Of a DNA stretch of 64,000 nucleotides, positions 40,218 to 51,145 are shown one piece after another (the first letter of the stretch is position 1; every line of letters begins with the position of its first letter). Position numbers and translations under genes: made by a program. The stretch is from the NCBI GenBank assembly GCA_963843575.1, contig CAWJKZ010000013.1, forward strand, positions 766,891-830,890. Reading direction: 5' to 3'. The stretch comes from an uncultured Acidobacteriota bacterium (GTDB lineage Bacteria; Acidobacteriota; UBA6911). The notes under the pieces are model-generated. The model was not told the DNA's origin, did not search any database, and saw nothing but the letters and a program-made list of their open reading frames with translations.

Positions 40218-41377
40218 ATGGAGCGGGAAATCGTTCACGTCGACATTGCATCGTTCGCGGTCGCGGTGGAGCGGGTGGTGCACCCCGAGCTGCGCCACCG
40301 TCCAGTGGCGGTGGCACCGCTTGGGAGGTCCCGTTCGGTCGTGACCGCCGTGTCGCCGGAGGCATGGCGGCCGGGATCCGAAATGGCATGGTGGTCGCGA
40401 AGGCCTCCGGTGCTGCCGCGATCTCAAGGTCGTGCCGCCTGACGATTCGCTGTATTCCAGGGCCTCCCGAGCGGTCTGCACGATTCTCCAGGAGTACTCG
40501 CCTGTTCTGGAGCCGGCCGGGTACGGGCACGCATACCTCGACCTCACGGGCACGCCCGACTGTTCGGGGCGGCCCGGGACACCGCGTGGCGGGTCTCAGC
40601 GGGAAATCCGCGGACCGGCTCAGGCTCGACTCGGCGGTCGGGCTCGCCGGCAACAAGATGGTCAGCAGGATCGCGTCGCTGGTCCGGCGCCCGACGGGAC
40701 TGGAAGAGTGTTCGCACCGGGGATGAGGCCGGTTTTCTCGCACCGCTTCCGGCGCGGTGCTGCCGGGGTGGGACCGCCCATTCGGCGCGGCTGATCGAAC
40801 TGAACATCTCGAGCGTGCGCGACCTCGCCTGCCTGGAGGACGGAGCACCTGACGCTCGCGTTCGGACGGTTCGGCCTGATGCTGCACCGGCAGGCGCTCG
40901 GGATCGACACTACGCCCGTCCGCCCCCCGGTCAAAAGCCTGCAGTCGTCTGCGAGAGCGGCGCTTCGCGAGGAAACGAACGACATCGGAGGCCTGCGTCG
41001 GTGCTCTCGCGACTCTGCGAAGACGCGTGCGGGCAGCTGCGGGTGGCCGATGGCGCGCGGCCGCCTCGAGGCGCACGTCCTTTACGCGGATTACCACGGG
41101 GAGAGCGTCGACGGCGCGGCTCCGGCCGCCGACGGATTCCGAGACCCGCGGTCAAGGGGACCGCGCAACGGTTGCTCGAACGCGTGCGCGGCGTCGCACC
41201 CGGGTCCGGCGGATGCGGCTCACGGCGGCGGACCTGACGCGCGGCGCCCTGCAGCTCGCTCTTTTCGCCGACCCGAGACCCGCCCGCGAAGTCGAGGCTC
41301 AGCGAAGCGATTGATCTCCTCCAGCAGCGGTACGGCAGGCAGGCCGTGCGCGCCTGCACGGCTCCGGACGCCGGTGA
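40218..41377 (+). CDS. imuB: ImuB/DinB-like Y-family polymerase homolog, probably catalytically inactive (multiple frameshifts; end approximate)
   Basis: HVDIASFAVAVE, SPEA..GI..GM, PVLEPAGYGHAYLDLTG, GLAGNKMVSRIA; clamp-binding-like QLALF near the C-terminus. Confidence 0.75.
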
Positions 41378-41381
41378 CACC

Positions 41382-44367
41382 ATGTTCGCGCACCTGCACG
41401 TCCACTCGAACTACTCGTTCTGCCGCGGGGCCAGCAGCGTCGAGGCACTCGCACAGGGGGCGCGGGCGCGGGACATGCGTCCACCTGGCGCTTACCGATA
41501 CGAACGGGTTGTACGGGCTGATCTGGTTCCTCCAGGCTGCCGCTGAAAACGGGCTGCACCCGATTGTGGGCGCGAGATCCGCGACACGGCGTCGAGCGCG
41601 CGGTGCTGCTGGCGCGCGACCGCGACGGGTACGCGAACGCTCTGCCGCATCGTGTCGCGCCGCCACCTGGAACCAGGCTTCAGCCTGCGCTCGAGCCTCC
41701 TGGAGGACCGCGAGCGGCTGTTTGTGCTCAGCGATGACCTGGAGTCTGTTGGACGCCCTGGCGCGGCAAAACGGCACATCCGGTATTTTCGTCGAGCTCA
41801 ACGATCCGGCGGTCGAGCCTCGCCTGGTCGCCTTCGCGCGCGCCCGTGGCATCGAGGCCGTGGCGACCAACGACGTGCACTTCGTCGATCCCTCCGATTA
41901 CCCGCTGCACCGGCTCCTGCGGGCGATCGACCTGAACACCTGCCTGTCCGGCTTCCGCCGTCGGAGCTCGCCGCCGCTGACCGCTGGCTGAAGACGCCGG
42001 CCGAGATGCGGCGACGCTACCCCCACCTCGGCAGGGCGGTCGAGAACTCGTTGCGGTCGCCGAATTGTGCTCCGCGGAATTCGGGCTCGGCAGCCCCATC
42101 TTTCCGGCATTCGACACGTCGGGCGGGGAGGACTCCTTCGATTTCCTCCGGGAACAATGTTACCGGGGCGCCGAGGAACGCTACGGCGAGCTGTCGGACC
42201 CGGTCGTCAAGCGGCTCGAACACGAACTGGCGATTGTGCGGAAGAAAGGCTTCGCCCCGTACTTCCTGGTGGTACGCGACATCGTCCGGCAGTCCGCGCG
42301 AACGTGCGGCAGAGGTTCCGCGGCCGCAAGCCTTATCTCGTATTGCCTCGGCATCACGCACGTCGAGCCGATCACCCACAACCTCTTTTTCGAGCGGTTC
42401 CTCAACGAGGGACGGACCGACCCGCCCGACATCGACATCGACTTCCCATGGGACGAGCGCGACGCGGTGCTCGACTACGTCTTCGAGCAGTACGGCGCCG
42501 ACCGCACGGCCATGATCTCCAATCACGTCGGGCTTTCGTGCCCGGGCGGCGGTGCGGGAGGTCGCCAAGGTCTACGGGTTGCCCGAGGAGGAAATCAGAG
42601 CGTCACAAGGCGGATGGGGTATTACTGGTCGCTGCGCGGCCTGCCCGAGCGGGTCGCGGGCGACCCGGTCTACAAGGACCTCGAGCTCAAGGCCCCGTGG
42701 CCGGAGATCGTGCGGCTGGCGGTGAAACTGGACGGTTATCCGCGCTACATGTCGGTCCACTGCGGCGGCGTCGTGATCGTCCCGGACCGCGTCGATCGTT
42801 ACGTCCCCGTCGAGCTCGCGCCCAAGGGCGTGCGCGTCGTCCAGTGGGAAAAGGACCAGGCCGAGGATGCCGGGCTGGTGAAGATCGACCTGCTCGGGAA
42901 CCGTTCGCTGTCGGTCATCCGCGACGCGTTCGCGGCGATCCGGGAAAACTACGGGGTCGCGATCGACTATGACGCGTGGGATCCGACCTCTGATCCTGCG
43001 ACCCAGGAACTGGTCCGGCGCGGCGACACGGTCGGGGTGTTCTACGCCGAGTCCCCCGCCATGCGCCAGCTTCAGCAGAAGTGCGGTCGCGGCGACTTCA
43101 ATCACCTCGTCATCCACAGCTCGATCATCCGGCCCGCCGCGAACAAGTACATCCGGGAGTACGTGCGCCGCCTCCGGGGCGGCGCCTACGAGCCGCTGCA
43201 CCCGATCATGGAGGAGGTCCTCGACGAGACATACGGGATCATGGTCTACCAGGAAGACGTGTCGCGCATCGCGATGGCGATGGCGGGCTTCAGCCCGGTG
43301 GACGCGGACCTGCTCCGGAAGATCCTGTCGAAGAAGCGCACCGGGACGAAGCTGGAGGACTACCGGGAGAAATTCTTACGCCGGGGCGCACCTCCGGGCC
43401 GTGCCCCGCGCCGTCGCCGCCGAGGTCTGGGACATGATCCTCAGCTTTGCCGGTTACTCGTTCTGCAAGCCACACTCCGCCTCCTACGCCTTGCTGTCCT
43501 ACAAGTCGGCGTGGTTGCGAGCCCACCATCCCGCCGAGTTTCTCGCGGCCGTGCTCAGCAATCAGGGCGGATATTATTCCCCCTTCGCCTACGTCTCCGA
43601 GGCGCGCAGGATGGGCCTGACCGTCCTGCTCCCGGACGTCAACGAAAGCCGTCGCGAGTACTGGGGACAGGGACAAGCGGATCCGAGTCGGGTCTCATGC
43701 AGGTGAAAGGGCTGCGGGAGATCGCCCTGGAAACGGTGGTCGCGCAGGGCCGCAAGCGCCCGTACGAGTCGCTGGACGATTTTCTGTGGCGCGCCGCCAT
43801 CGACCCGTCCGACACGCGCCTGCTGATCAAGTCGGGGGCCCTGGACAGTATCGCGTGCGGGGCCACCCGTCCCGAGATGATCTGGAAGACGCTGGCCTGG
43901 CACGAGCGGCGGTCGGAGCGGCGCGGAGCGACCGGCTCGCTGTTTGGCGACGCTGGCCCCGTCCAGACCCCACGCGTGCCGCACTACAGCCCGCAGGACG
44001 GTGCTGCAGCACGAACTGGAGACGCTGGATTTCCTCATCAGCCGCCACCCCCTCGAACTCTACCGGGACGCCTGGCCAGGCTCAGCCACGTCCCGGCCGC
44101 CGACCTCGGGCGGCACGCGGGACGGCAGGTGACGACGATCGGGTGGTGGGTTTCGGGAAAGGTAGTGACCACGAAAGACGGGGACCCCATGGAATTCATC
44201 AGCTTCGAGGACACCACCGCCTTGTACGAAACCACTCTCTTCCCCGGAAACCTATGCGCGCTTCTGTCACATGCTGAACCGCTCGCGCCCGTACGTCCTC
44301 ACCGGGCGTAGTCGAGGAAGACTTCGGCGTCCCGACCCTGACCGTTTCCTCTATCCGGCTCCTCTGA
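41382..44367 (+). CDS. dnaE2: Error-prone DNA polymerase III alpha subunit DnaE2 (multiple frameshifts)
   Basis: PHP domain HLHVHSNYSF and ALTDTNGLYG; GRGSAAAS, PPDIDIDF, KIDLLGNR, YSFCKPHSA, OB-fold MEFISFED. Confidence 0.88.
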
Positions 44368-44384
44368 AAGCGATATGGTGAGGT

Positions 44385-44475
44385 GTTTTGTTTGGACGCG
44401 GATTGACACAGGTCAACAACAAATGCCTTTGTTCTTGATCCGCGTGGGCCCGCGTCCATCCGAGTCCGAAAAACA
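44385..44475. repeat. Imperfect intergenic inverted repeat (REP-like)
   Basis: TTTGGACGCGGAT ... ATCCGCGT ... ATCCGAGTCCGAAA. Confidence 0.45.
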
Positions 44476-44520
44476 GGTCATCGTATATATGCGATTGACC
44501 ACTTTGGGCATAAACGGAAA

Positions 44521-44544
44521 GCGGCGCCGAGGCGCCGCACTCCA
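44521..44544. repeat. REP-like palindrome (TGGAGTGCGGC family), copy 2
   Basis: GCGGCGCCGAGGCGCCGCACTCCA; 23/24 identical to 14603-14626. Confidence 0.75.
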
Positions 44545-44615
44545 TACGGTATTTGACAGAATCGATCGCACTACATACGATTCACTCCCGTAAGCACCCG
44601 AAGGGGAGGGTTCCA

Positions 44616-45885
44616 ATGACTGCGCAATCCGCGGGTCTCGATGTCACCGTCGTGGGCGGAGGGATGATCACCAACGATCTGCTTCTCCCTTCGCTGTATC
44701 ACCTTCAGCGCACCGGCTTCGTCCGGCACATCGCGGTGTGCGCGCTGAACAGTGCGCCGTTGAAGGCGCTCCACGACAACCCGGACTTCCACGACGCCTT
44801 CCCGGGACCAGCATTTCACGCCGCATCCCTCCCTGGCGGAGCCGGCCGACTCGGTGTTCCCGAATCTCTACAAGGAAGTCCTGTCCGGCCATGGCCCCCG
44901 GCAATATCGTCGTGGTCGCCATGCCCGACAACCTCCACTACGACGTCGTCATGTGCGCGCTGCGTCACGATCAGCACGTGCTGTGCGTGAAGCCGCTGGT
45001 GCTGAAATACGCCCAGGCGGCGGAGATCGAAAAGACTGGCGTTCGAGAAGGGGCTTTTCGTCGGCGTGGAGTATCACAAGCGCTTCGACCGCCGCTCGCT
45101 CGTGGCGCGGCGCGCCTACGGCCTGGGGCAGTTCGGCAGCTTCGTGATGGGCGAGGCGAAGCTGATCGAGCCCTACTACTACCGCTCCTCGAACTTCCAG
45201 AACTGGTTCACCTGCGACAGGACCGACCCGTTCACCTACATCGGCTGCCACTACGTGGACCTGGTCTACTTCATCACGGGACTGAAGCCGGTGAGGTGTC
45301 GGTGCAGGGCGTCAAGGGGAAGTTCCCCAACGGCAACGAGGGCTTCATCTGGTCGAACGGCCGCGTGACGTGGGAGAACGGCGCGCTGCTGTCCGTGATC
45401 AACGGCCTGGGCTATCCCGACGCGGCGCCGGCAGCAACGACCAGAGGCTGGTCATGTACTGCGAGGGGAAGCAGCAGACGGCGCTCCTGTACCACGACGA
45501 CCAGAACCGCGGCGTCGCCTACTCCTACCTGGAAGGCATCGGGCCCGGCGGCTCGAAGTACAACTACGTCAGCCCCGACTTCTACCGGCTGGTGCCCTGG
45601 GAAGGGCCGGGCTACAAACCGATCGGCTACGGGTACGATTCGGTCGCCGGCATCGTTCGAGCGATCCACCGGCTGGAAACGCAGGCTGCGGGCCTGGCGC
45701 CGCAGGCCGGGCTGGAGCGGCGGCGGGAGATCATGCGGGAGGTGGACGCGCGCGGGTTGATCGCCACACCGGCCAACAGCTTCATCAACGAACTCGTGGT
45801 CGAGGCGGCGCGCATGTCGATCCTGCAGGACGCCGTGCCTGTCCGCATCGTCTACGGCGATCATCCCCACGTGGAACTTGGCTGA
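44616..45885 (+). CDS. Gfo/Idh/MocA family oxidoreductase (multiple frameshifts)
   Basis: VTVVGGGMI, VAMPDNLHY, HVLCVKPL, VEYHKRFD and GCHYVD spread across frames. Confidence 0.82.
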
Positions 45886-45903
45886 ACGAAAAGGAGCACG
45901 ACC

Positions 45904-47298
45904 ATGGCCGTGTACGATCTGACACCCGTCGAAGTCCCGCAGGTGGAAACGAAGTACCGGAGCATCAGGACGAGGATCCCGGTGCCGGAGTCCCTGCCGA
46001 TTTTCGAATCGTTGAGGCAGACCGAGCCGCTCTCGATGAGCGGGCAGCCGCCGATCGTCTGGGACAAGGCGGAGGGTTGCGTCGTCTCCGACCGGTGGGG
46101 CAACCGCTGGATCGACTGGTCTTCCGGCGTGCTGATCACCAACGCCGGCCACGGCCGCCCGGAGATCCGGGACGCGCTGCGGGCCGTGATCGACCGGGGG
46201 CTGCTGGCCTCCTACGTGTTCGTGCACGAACGCCGGGCGCTCCTCACCCGGATGCTCCGCGACCTCTCACCGGACCCGGACAGGTACCGCGTGTTTCTCC
46301 TGAGCACGGGCAGCGAGGCCACCGAGAACTGCATCAAGCTGTCCAAGACCTACGCGCTGAAGAAACACGGGCCGCACAAGAAGTACTTCGTGACCTTCAA
46401 CAACGCCTTCCACGGGCGCACGATGGGCGCGCAGCTCGCCGGCGGGAACGAAAGGCAGAAGGAGTGGATGGTCGATCGCGACCGCACCTTCGTCCAGGTG
46501 CCGTTCCCGGACGGCTACAAGAACGAGGACACCTCGTTCGACCTGTTCCTCGAGACCCTTGCGCAACGGGGCATAAAGCCGGGCGACATCGCCGGCGTGA
46601 TGACCGAGACCTACCAGGGCGTCGGGCCGGACTTCCTCCCGGTCGAGTACGCACGCAAGCTGGAACGGCTCTGCCGGGAGCACGACATCGTGATGTGCTA
46701 CGACGAGGTGCAGGCGGGCTTCGGCCGCACCGGCAAGATGTTCGGCTACGAGCACTACGGCGTAACCCCGGACCTGATCGCCTGCGGCAAGGGCATCTCG
46801 TCGTCGCTGCCGATCTCGGCCGTGATCGGCCGCGAGGACATCATGGGCCTTTACGCGCCGGGCTCGATGACCTCCACGCACTCGGGCTCGCCGCTGCCGG
46901 TGGCCGCGGCCATCGCCAGCCTCGAGATCATTCGCAACGAGCGCCTGGACGAACGCGCAGCCCGGCTGGGCGATATCCTCATCCCCGAGCTGCGCCGGAT
47001 CCAGCAGAAGTACCCGAAGGTCCTGGGCTGCCTGCAGGGCAAGGGCCTGGTCGCGGGCATCCAGGTCGTCAAGCCCGGCACCCGGGACCCGGACCCGGAG
47101 CTGGCCGTGCGGATCAACGTCGCCTGCTTCCAGAAGGGGCTGCTCATGTTCGCGCCGGTGGGCGGCAGCGGCGAGTGCATCAAGATCGCCCCGCCGCTGA
47201 ACATCCCCGAGGACGCCCTTGCCGAATCCATCGCCGTGTTCGAACAGGCCGTGGATCAAGTCCTCAGTGCCGCGGGCAGAGTGCAACCGGCCGTCTGA
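45904..47298 (+). CDS. Class III (omega) PLP aminotransferase
   Basis: STGSEATE, AFHGRTMG, DEVQAGFGRTG, ACGKGISS, THSGSP. Confidence 0.93.
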   Translation: MAVYDLTPVEVPQVETKYRSIRTRIPVPESLPIFESLRQTEPLSMSGQPPIVWDKAEGCVVSDRWGNRWIDWSSGVLITNAGHGRPEIRDALRAVIDRGLLASYVFVHERRALLTRMLRDLSPDPDRYRVFLLSTGSEATENCIKLSKTYALKKHGPHKKYFVTFNNAFHGRTMGAQLAGGNERQKEWMVDRDRTFVQVPFPDGYKNEDTSFDLFLETLAQRGIKPGDIAGVMTETYQGVGPDFLPVEYARKLERLCREHDIVMCYDEVQAGFGRTGKMFGYEHYGVTPDLIACGKGISSSLPISAVIGREDIMGLYAPGSMTSTHSGSPLPVAAAIASLEIIRNERLDERAARLGDILIPELRRIQQKYPKVLGCLQGKGLVAGIQVVKPGTRDPDPELAVRINVACFQKGLLMFAPVGGSGECIKIAPPLNIPEDALAESIAVFEQAVDQVLSAAGRVQPAV

Positions 47299-47312
47299 CC
47301 GATTGCGGCCCG

Positions 47313-47984
47313 TCAGAGATGGAACGGGTTGAAGTTGGTGTCCCGGTCGTAGAAGTCCTCGCGCTCGACCCTCTTCAGGAAGGCGACGATGCGATACGTC
47401 AGAGGGGTGGCGAGGGCCTCCCACAGCACCTTAATGACGTAGTTAGCCACCATCACCCGGAACAGCAGCGGCGCGGGCCACATACCCCAGAAGGCGCCGG
47501 GGTAGAAAATCAGGGAATCGACGGCCTCGCCCGCGACTGTCGACCCGATGGTGCGCACCCAGAGAAAACGCCCGGAGGTCGCGACTTTCACCTTGGCCAG
47601 GACGTACGAGTTTGCGAATTCCCCGCACCAGAACGCAGCCAGCGAGGCGGCCACGATCCTGGGCGTCTGCCCGAAAACCGCGTCGTAGGCGGGTTGGTAG
47701 GGCCAGCCGGGGGCGGGAGGCATGATGCGAACGACCCAGCTCATGAGCGAGGCGAATCCCAGGGCGGCGAAGCCTGCCCAAATCACCCTGCGCGACCGGG
47801 CATACCCATACACCTCGGTCAGGATGTCGCCGAACAGGTAACTGAGCGGGAAAAACAGGATCGCGGTCCCGAACGAAAAGCCCCACACCTCGGTGACCTT
47901 AGTGACCCCGATGATCCCCGAGCAGAGGAGCACGGTGACGAACGCCGCCATGACCAGGTCGTAATACCGATATCGCGTGCCCAT
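47313..47984 (-). CDS. Queuosine precursor transporter (YhhQ/VUT family)
   Basis: FFPLSYLFGDILTEVYG, PRIVAASL.AF..GEF.NS, RTIGSTVAGE.VDS. Confidence 0.92.
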   Translation of the reverse strand: MGTRYRYYDLVMAAFVTVLLCSGIIGVTKVTEVWGFSFGTAILFFPLSYLFGDILTEVYGYARSRRVIWAGFAALGFASLMSWVVRIMPPAPGWPYQPAYDAVFGQTPRIVAASLAAFWCGEFANSYVLAKVKVATSGRFLWVRTIGSTVAGEAVDSLIFYPGAFWGMWPAPLLFRVMVANYVIKVLWEALATPLTYRIVAFLKRVEREDFYDRDTNFNPFHL

Positions 47985-48030
47985 CGTAGCTGTCACTCGA
48001 ACCAACATGCGGTTTTTAGCCCGCACCCGG

Positions 48031-49164
48031 TTAACGGCAGGGGTTGAGGCTCGGACGCAAACCGCTGGCCGCGGTTTGAAGCCCGCCGCCACTTTCGACC
48101 ACGGCTGCAATGCGCTCGCTGGCCTTGCCGTCCCACAGCGGAGGGATCGAGCCTTTCTTCGCGTCCCCCGCCAGGATGCGTCGGGCCTCCAGGCGCAGGC
48201 GGTCGGGGTCACGACCCACGAGGGTGTTGGTGCCGACGTCGACTGTGATGGGGCGTTCCGTGTTCTCGCGCATCGTGAGACAGGGGATGCCGAGGTACGT
48301 GGTCTCCTCCTGGATGCCGCCTGAATCCGTTACGACCAGGGCTGCTTCGCGCTGAAGTCCCAGGAACTCGAGATACCCTATCGGCTCGATGAGGTGCACG
48401 CGCGGCGCGGCGTAAGGGGTGCCGAACCCCTCGATCGTCCTGCGCGTGCGCGGGTGTACAGGGAAAACCACGTCCGCCTCCCGCGCCAGGTCGGCGAGGG
48501 CATCGAGCAACCGCCGCAGGTGCGCGGGATCGTCCACGTTCGAGGGACGGTGCAGCGTCACCAGGATGTATCTTCTCCCGGCAAGCGGAAGCCTCTCGAG
48601 CACCGGGCCCGCGACCGCCTCGGGAAGGAATCGAACGAGCGTGTCGACCATGACGTTGCCGACCAGGTGAATCTTCTCGCGCGCGATCCCCTCCCTGCAG
48701 AGGTTCTCGTCGCCGTCGGCCGAGGGTGTGAAAAGCAGGTCCGCGACGCGGTCGGTCAGGACGCGGTTTACCTCTTCGGGCATGGTGCGGTCGAAGGAGC
48801 GGAGCCCGGCCTCGACGTGCCCAAGCGGAATCTGCAGCTTGGAACAAACCAGCGCCGCGGCCACGGTCGAGTTGACGTCTCCGTACACCAGCGCGAGATC
48901 GGGCCGTTTCTGGAGCAGGACCGGCTCGAGCCGCAACATGGTTTCCGCCGTTTGAACCGCGTGGGTCCCCTGCCCGACTTCGAGGTTTATGTCGGGCGCG
49001 CGGATCCCGAGCTGCCTGAAGAAGACGCGCGACATGGCGTCGTCGTAATGCTGCCCGGTGTGCACCAGCGTCTGCGACGCTGAGTCACGGCGGCCGAGCG
49101 CCGAAATCACCGGTGCCACTTTCATGAAATTCGGTCTCGCCCCCACTACGTGCAGAATGTGCAT
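48031..49164 (-). CDS. wecB: UDP-N-acetylglucosamine 2-epimerase (non-hydrolysing)
   Basis: VGARPNFMK, HTGQHYD, HVEAGLRS, PEEVNR, TDSGGIQEE, WDGKAS. Confidence 0.95.
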   Translation of the reverse strand: MHILHVVGARPNFMKVAPVISALGRRDSASQTLVHTGQHYDDAMSRVFFRQLGIRAPDINLEVGQGTHAVQTAETMLRLEPVLLQKRPDLALVYGDVNSTVAAALVCSKLQIPLGHVEAGLRSFDRTMPEEVNRVLTDRVADLLFTPSADGDENLCREGIAREKIHLVGNVMVDTLVRFLPEAVAGPVLERLPLAGRRYILVTLHRPSNVDDPAHLRRLLDALADLAREADVVFPVHPRTRRTIEGFGTPYAAPRVHLIEPIGYLEFLGLQREAALVVTDSGGIQEETTYLGIPCLTMRENTERPITVDVGTNTLVGRDPDRLRLEARRILAGDAKKGSIPPLWDGKASERIAAVVESGGGLQTAASGLRPSLNPCR

Positions 49165-49344
49165 TTTCGCTCACCCAAGGCGGATCATGGTAGCCGGATA
49201 ACCCGCGACAAGCAATGCAGACTTGCCGGGCGCGCCGACATCCGGCGGCGGCGCTCCCGAGAGCGCCGGAACTTCGCGGATCTTCGCGGGTTGTGGTGTA
49301 GAATTCGGCCCGGCGCGGCAGCCGTTGGCGCAAGAGGGCCGGAC

Positions 49345-50367
49345 GTGGACAAAGCTCCCCAGATATCGGTGATAATCCCTATCTTCAACGAAGAGCCCAA
49401 TATTCGGCCCCTGCACCGGAAGCTCGTCGAGGACCTCTCGGCCCTCGGGCTCTCGTGGGAAGTCATCATTGTCGACGACGGTTCGACGGATCTCTCTCCG
49501 GATCTGATCGACGGTATCGCGGCGTCGGACAGCCGCTTCACCGCGATCCACTTCCGGCGGAATTTCGGTCAGACCGCGGCTTTCTCGGCAGGCATGCGCC
49601 AGGCCCGCGGGGAGGTGCTGATCCCGATGGATGGGGATCTGCAGAACGATCCGGCGGATATCCCGCGCCTGCTCTCCAAACTCGAAGAGGGGTACGACGT
49701 CGTTTCCGGCTGGCGACGGCACCGGAGCGACGCTTTGTCGAAGCGCGTGCCCTCGCGGCTGGCCAACTGGATGATATCGGCCATTTCCCGCGTCCGGCTG
49801 CACGATTACGGCTGTTCCCTCAAGGCCTACAGGCGGGAGACCCTCGAAGGCGTTCGTCTTTACGGCGAGATGCACAGGTTCATCCCGGTCTACGCGGCCA
49901 TGCGCGGGGCCCGCGTGACCGAAATCGAGGTCCGGCACCACCCGCGCAAGGGGGGAAAGTCGACCTACGGACTCGAGCGCACGGGGAAAGTCCTGCTCGA
50001 CCTGATCGTGGTCAAATTCTTCATGACCTTCATGAGCAAGCCGATCTACCTTTTCGGCGGATTGGGATTGCTTTGCCTTGGCGCCTCCATGCTGGCGCTC
50101 CTGCTTGCCGCCATTTGGCAGCTGATCCCTCCGGACAGCGGCTGGAGCGCTATGACGCACCGGGACTTCTTTCAGACTCCCCTCCCCGTCCTGGGTGTCG
50201 CCCTCGGCCTTGCCGGCATCCTCATGTTTCTGCAGGGCTTGGTGGCAGAGTTAGTGATGCGCACTTACTACGAGTCCCAGGGAAAGGACCCGTATGCCAT
50301 CCTCAGGGTGACGAAAAACACGCCTGCGCGCGCTCCCGCCGAGACGGGTACCCGCCCGCTCTGCTGA
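49345..50367 (+). CDS. GT2 glycosyltransferase (ArnC/GtrB-like, two C-terminal membrane helices)
   Basis: SVIIPIFNEE, VDDGSTD, RNFGQTAA, MDGDLQNDP, GEMHRFIP. Confidence 0.92.
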   Translation: MDKAPQISVIIPIFNEEPNIRPLHRKLVEDLSALGLSWEVIIVDDGSTDLSPDLIDGIAASDSRFTAIHFRRNFGQTAAFSAGMRQARGEVLIPMDGDLQNDPADIPRLLSKLEEGYDVVSGWRRHRSDALSKRVPSRLANWMISAISRVRLHDYGCSLKAYRRETLEGVRLYGEMHRFIPVYAAMRGARVTEIEVRHHPRKGGKSTYGLERTGKVLLDLIVVKFFMTFMSKPIYLFGGLGLLCLGASMLALLLAAIWQLIPPDSGWSAMTHRDFFQTPLPVLGVALGLAGILMFLQGLVAELVMRTYYESQGKDPYAILRVTKNTPARAPAETGTRPLC

Positions 50368-50400
50368 CCGGCGGGTGCCGCAGCCGAGACCGGGCGAGGT

Positions 50401-50427
50401 GAACCCTCCCGAGGGATTCTGCGTTTA
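50401..50427 (+). promoter_or_regulatory. Candidate ECF sigma autoregulatory promoter
   Basis: GAAC-N17-CGTTTA (AAC 50402, CGT 50422) upstream of the ECF gene. Confidence 0.5.
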
Positions 50428-50512
50428 TCGATTGCGGGGCAGGATTCGGAATCCGAGAGCCTGCCGCCGCTGCCGCGCAACCGGCAGATTCGCGCCGGAG
50501 AGTTCGCCCGGG

Positions 50513-51145
50513 ATGGCTCATGACTTGGAACCTATGATTTCTCCCGCGCACGGCCCGGAACCCGCGCCCTCGGATACCGAGGACCTGATGGCCAAAGTGC
50601 AGAATGGCGACACCCTCGCCTACCAGGAACTGGTCCGGCTCTACCAGAGAAAGGTGTTCCGAGTCATCAGCGGCTACCACCGTGATCCGGAGGACGCGAT
50701 GGAAGTCGTGCAGGACACCTTCCTCAAAGTCTTCACGGCGCGGCAGACCTGGGAGCGCAAGACGTCCTTTGCGGCGTGGCTTTACCGCATCGCGATAAAC
50801 GCGAGCATCGACCGGTACCGTCGCAACGACCGGAACAGGACCTCCTCGCTGGACGAGCTCGCCGAGAGCCAGGTGCAGGCGTCGGCGACCGCGAAGGCAC
50901 CGCGCAGTCCGATCGACCGGCTGCGTGACGACGAGCGGCGACGGGTGCTGGAGAAGGCCGTTCGGCGCCTGCCGGAACGACAGCGGGAAGTCCTTTCGTT
51001 GAGGTATTTCGGCGAGATGCAGCTGGAAGAGATCGCAGAGGCGCTCGGGTGCCCCCTGGGCACCGTGAAATCCAATCTGCACAAGGCGGTCTTCGCCCTC
51101 AAGGCGATGCTGCGGGAGCAGAAAGAGGCACTAGGCTATGAGTGA
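50513..51145 (+). CDS. ECF RNA polymerase sigma-70 factor
   Basis: DAMEVVQDTF, FAAWLYRIAIN, LPERQREV, EIAEALGCPLGTVKSNL; start uncertain (50513 or 50534). Confidence 0.95.
   Translation: MAHDLEPMISPAHGPEPAPSDTEDLMAKVQNGDTLAYQELVRLYQRKVFRVISGYHRDPEDAMEVVQDTFLKVFTARQTWERKTSFAAWLYRIAINASIDRYRRNDRNRTSSLDELAESQVQASATAKAPRSPIDRLRDDERRRVLEKAVRRLPERQREVLSLRYFGEMQLEEIAEALGCPLGTVKSNLHKAVFALKAMLREQKEALGYE

Noticed and set aside
40218-44367. Mutasome genes as true pseudogenes or programmed frameshifts
   Set aside because: Similar indels hit unrelated genes across the window, motifs are intact, and no consistent slippery site is apparent; assembly error is more parsimonious.
47985-48040. preQ1 riboswitch upstream of the queuosine precursor transporter
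   Set aside because: Only a small TGCGG-N8-CCGCA hairpin with the A-run inside the loop; lacks the preQ1-I stem, loop consensus and 3' A-rich tail.
48031-48095. REP-derived C-terminal extension of wecB (GGGLQTAASGLRPSLNPCR)
   Set aside because: Similarity to the REP arms is too weak to support by eye.
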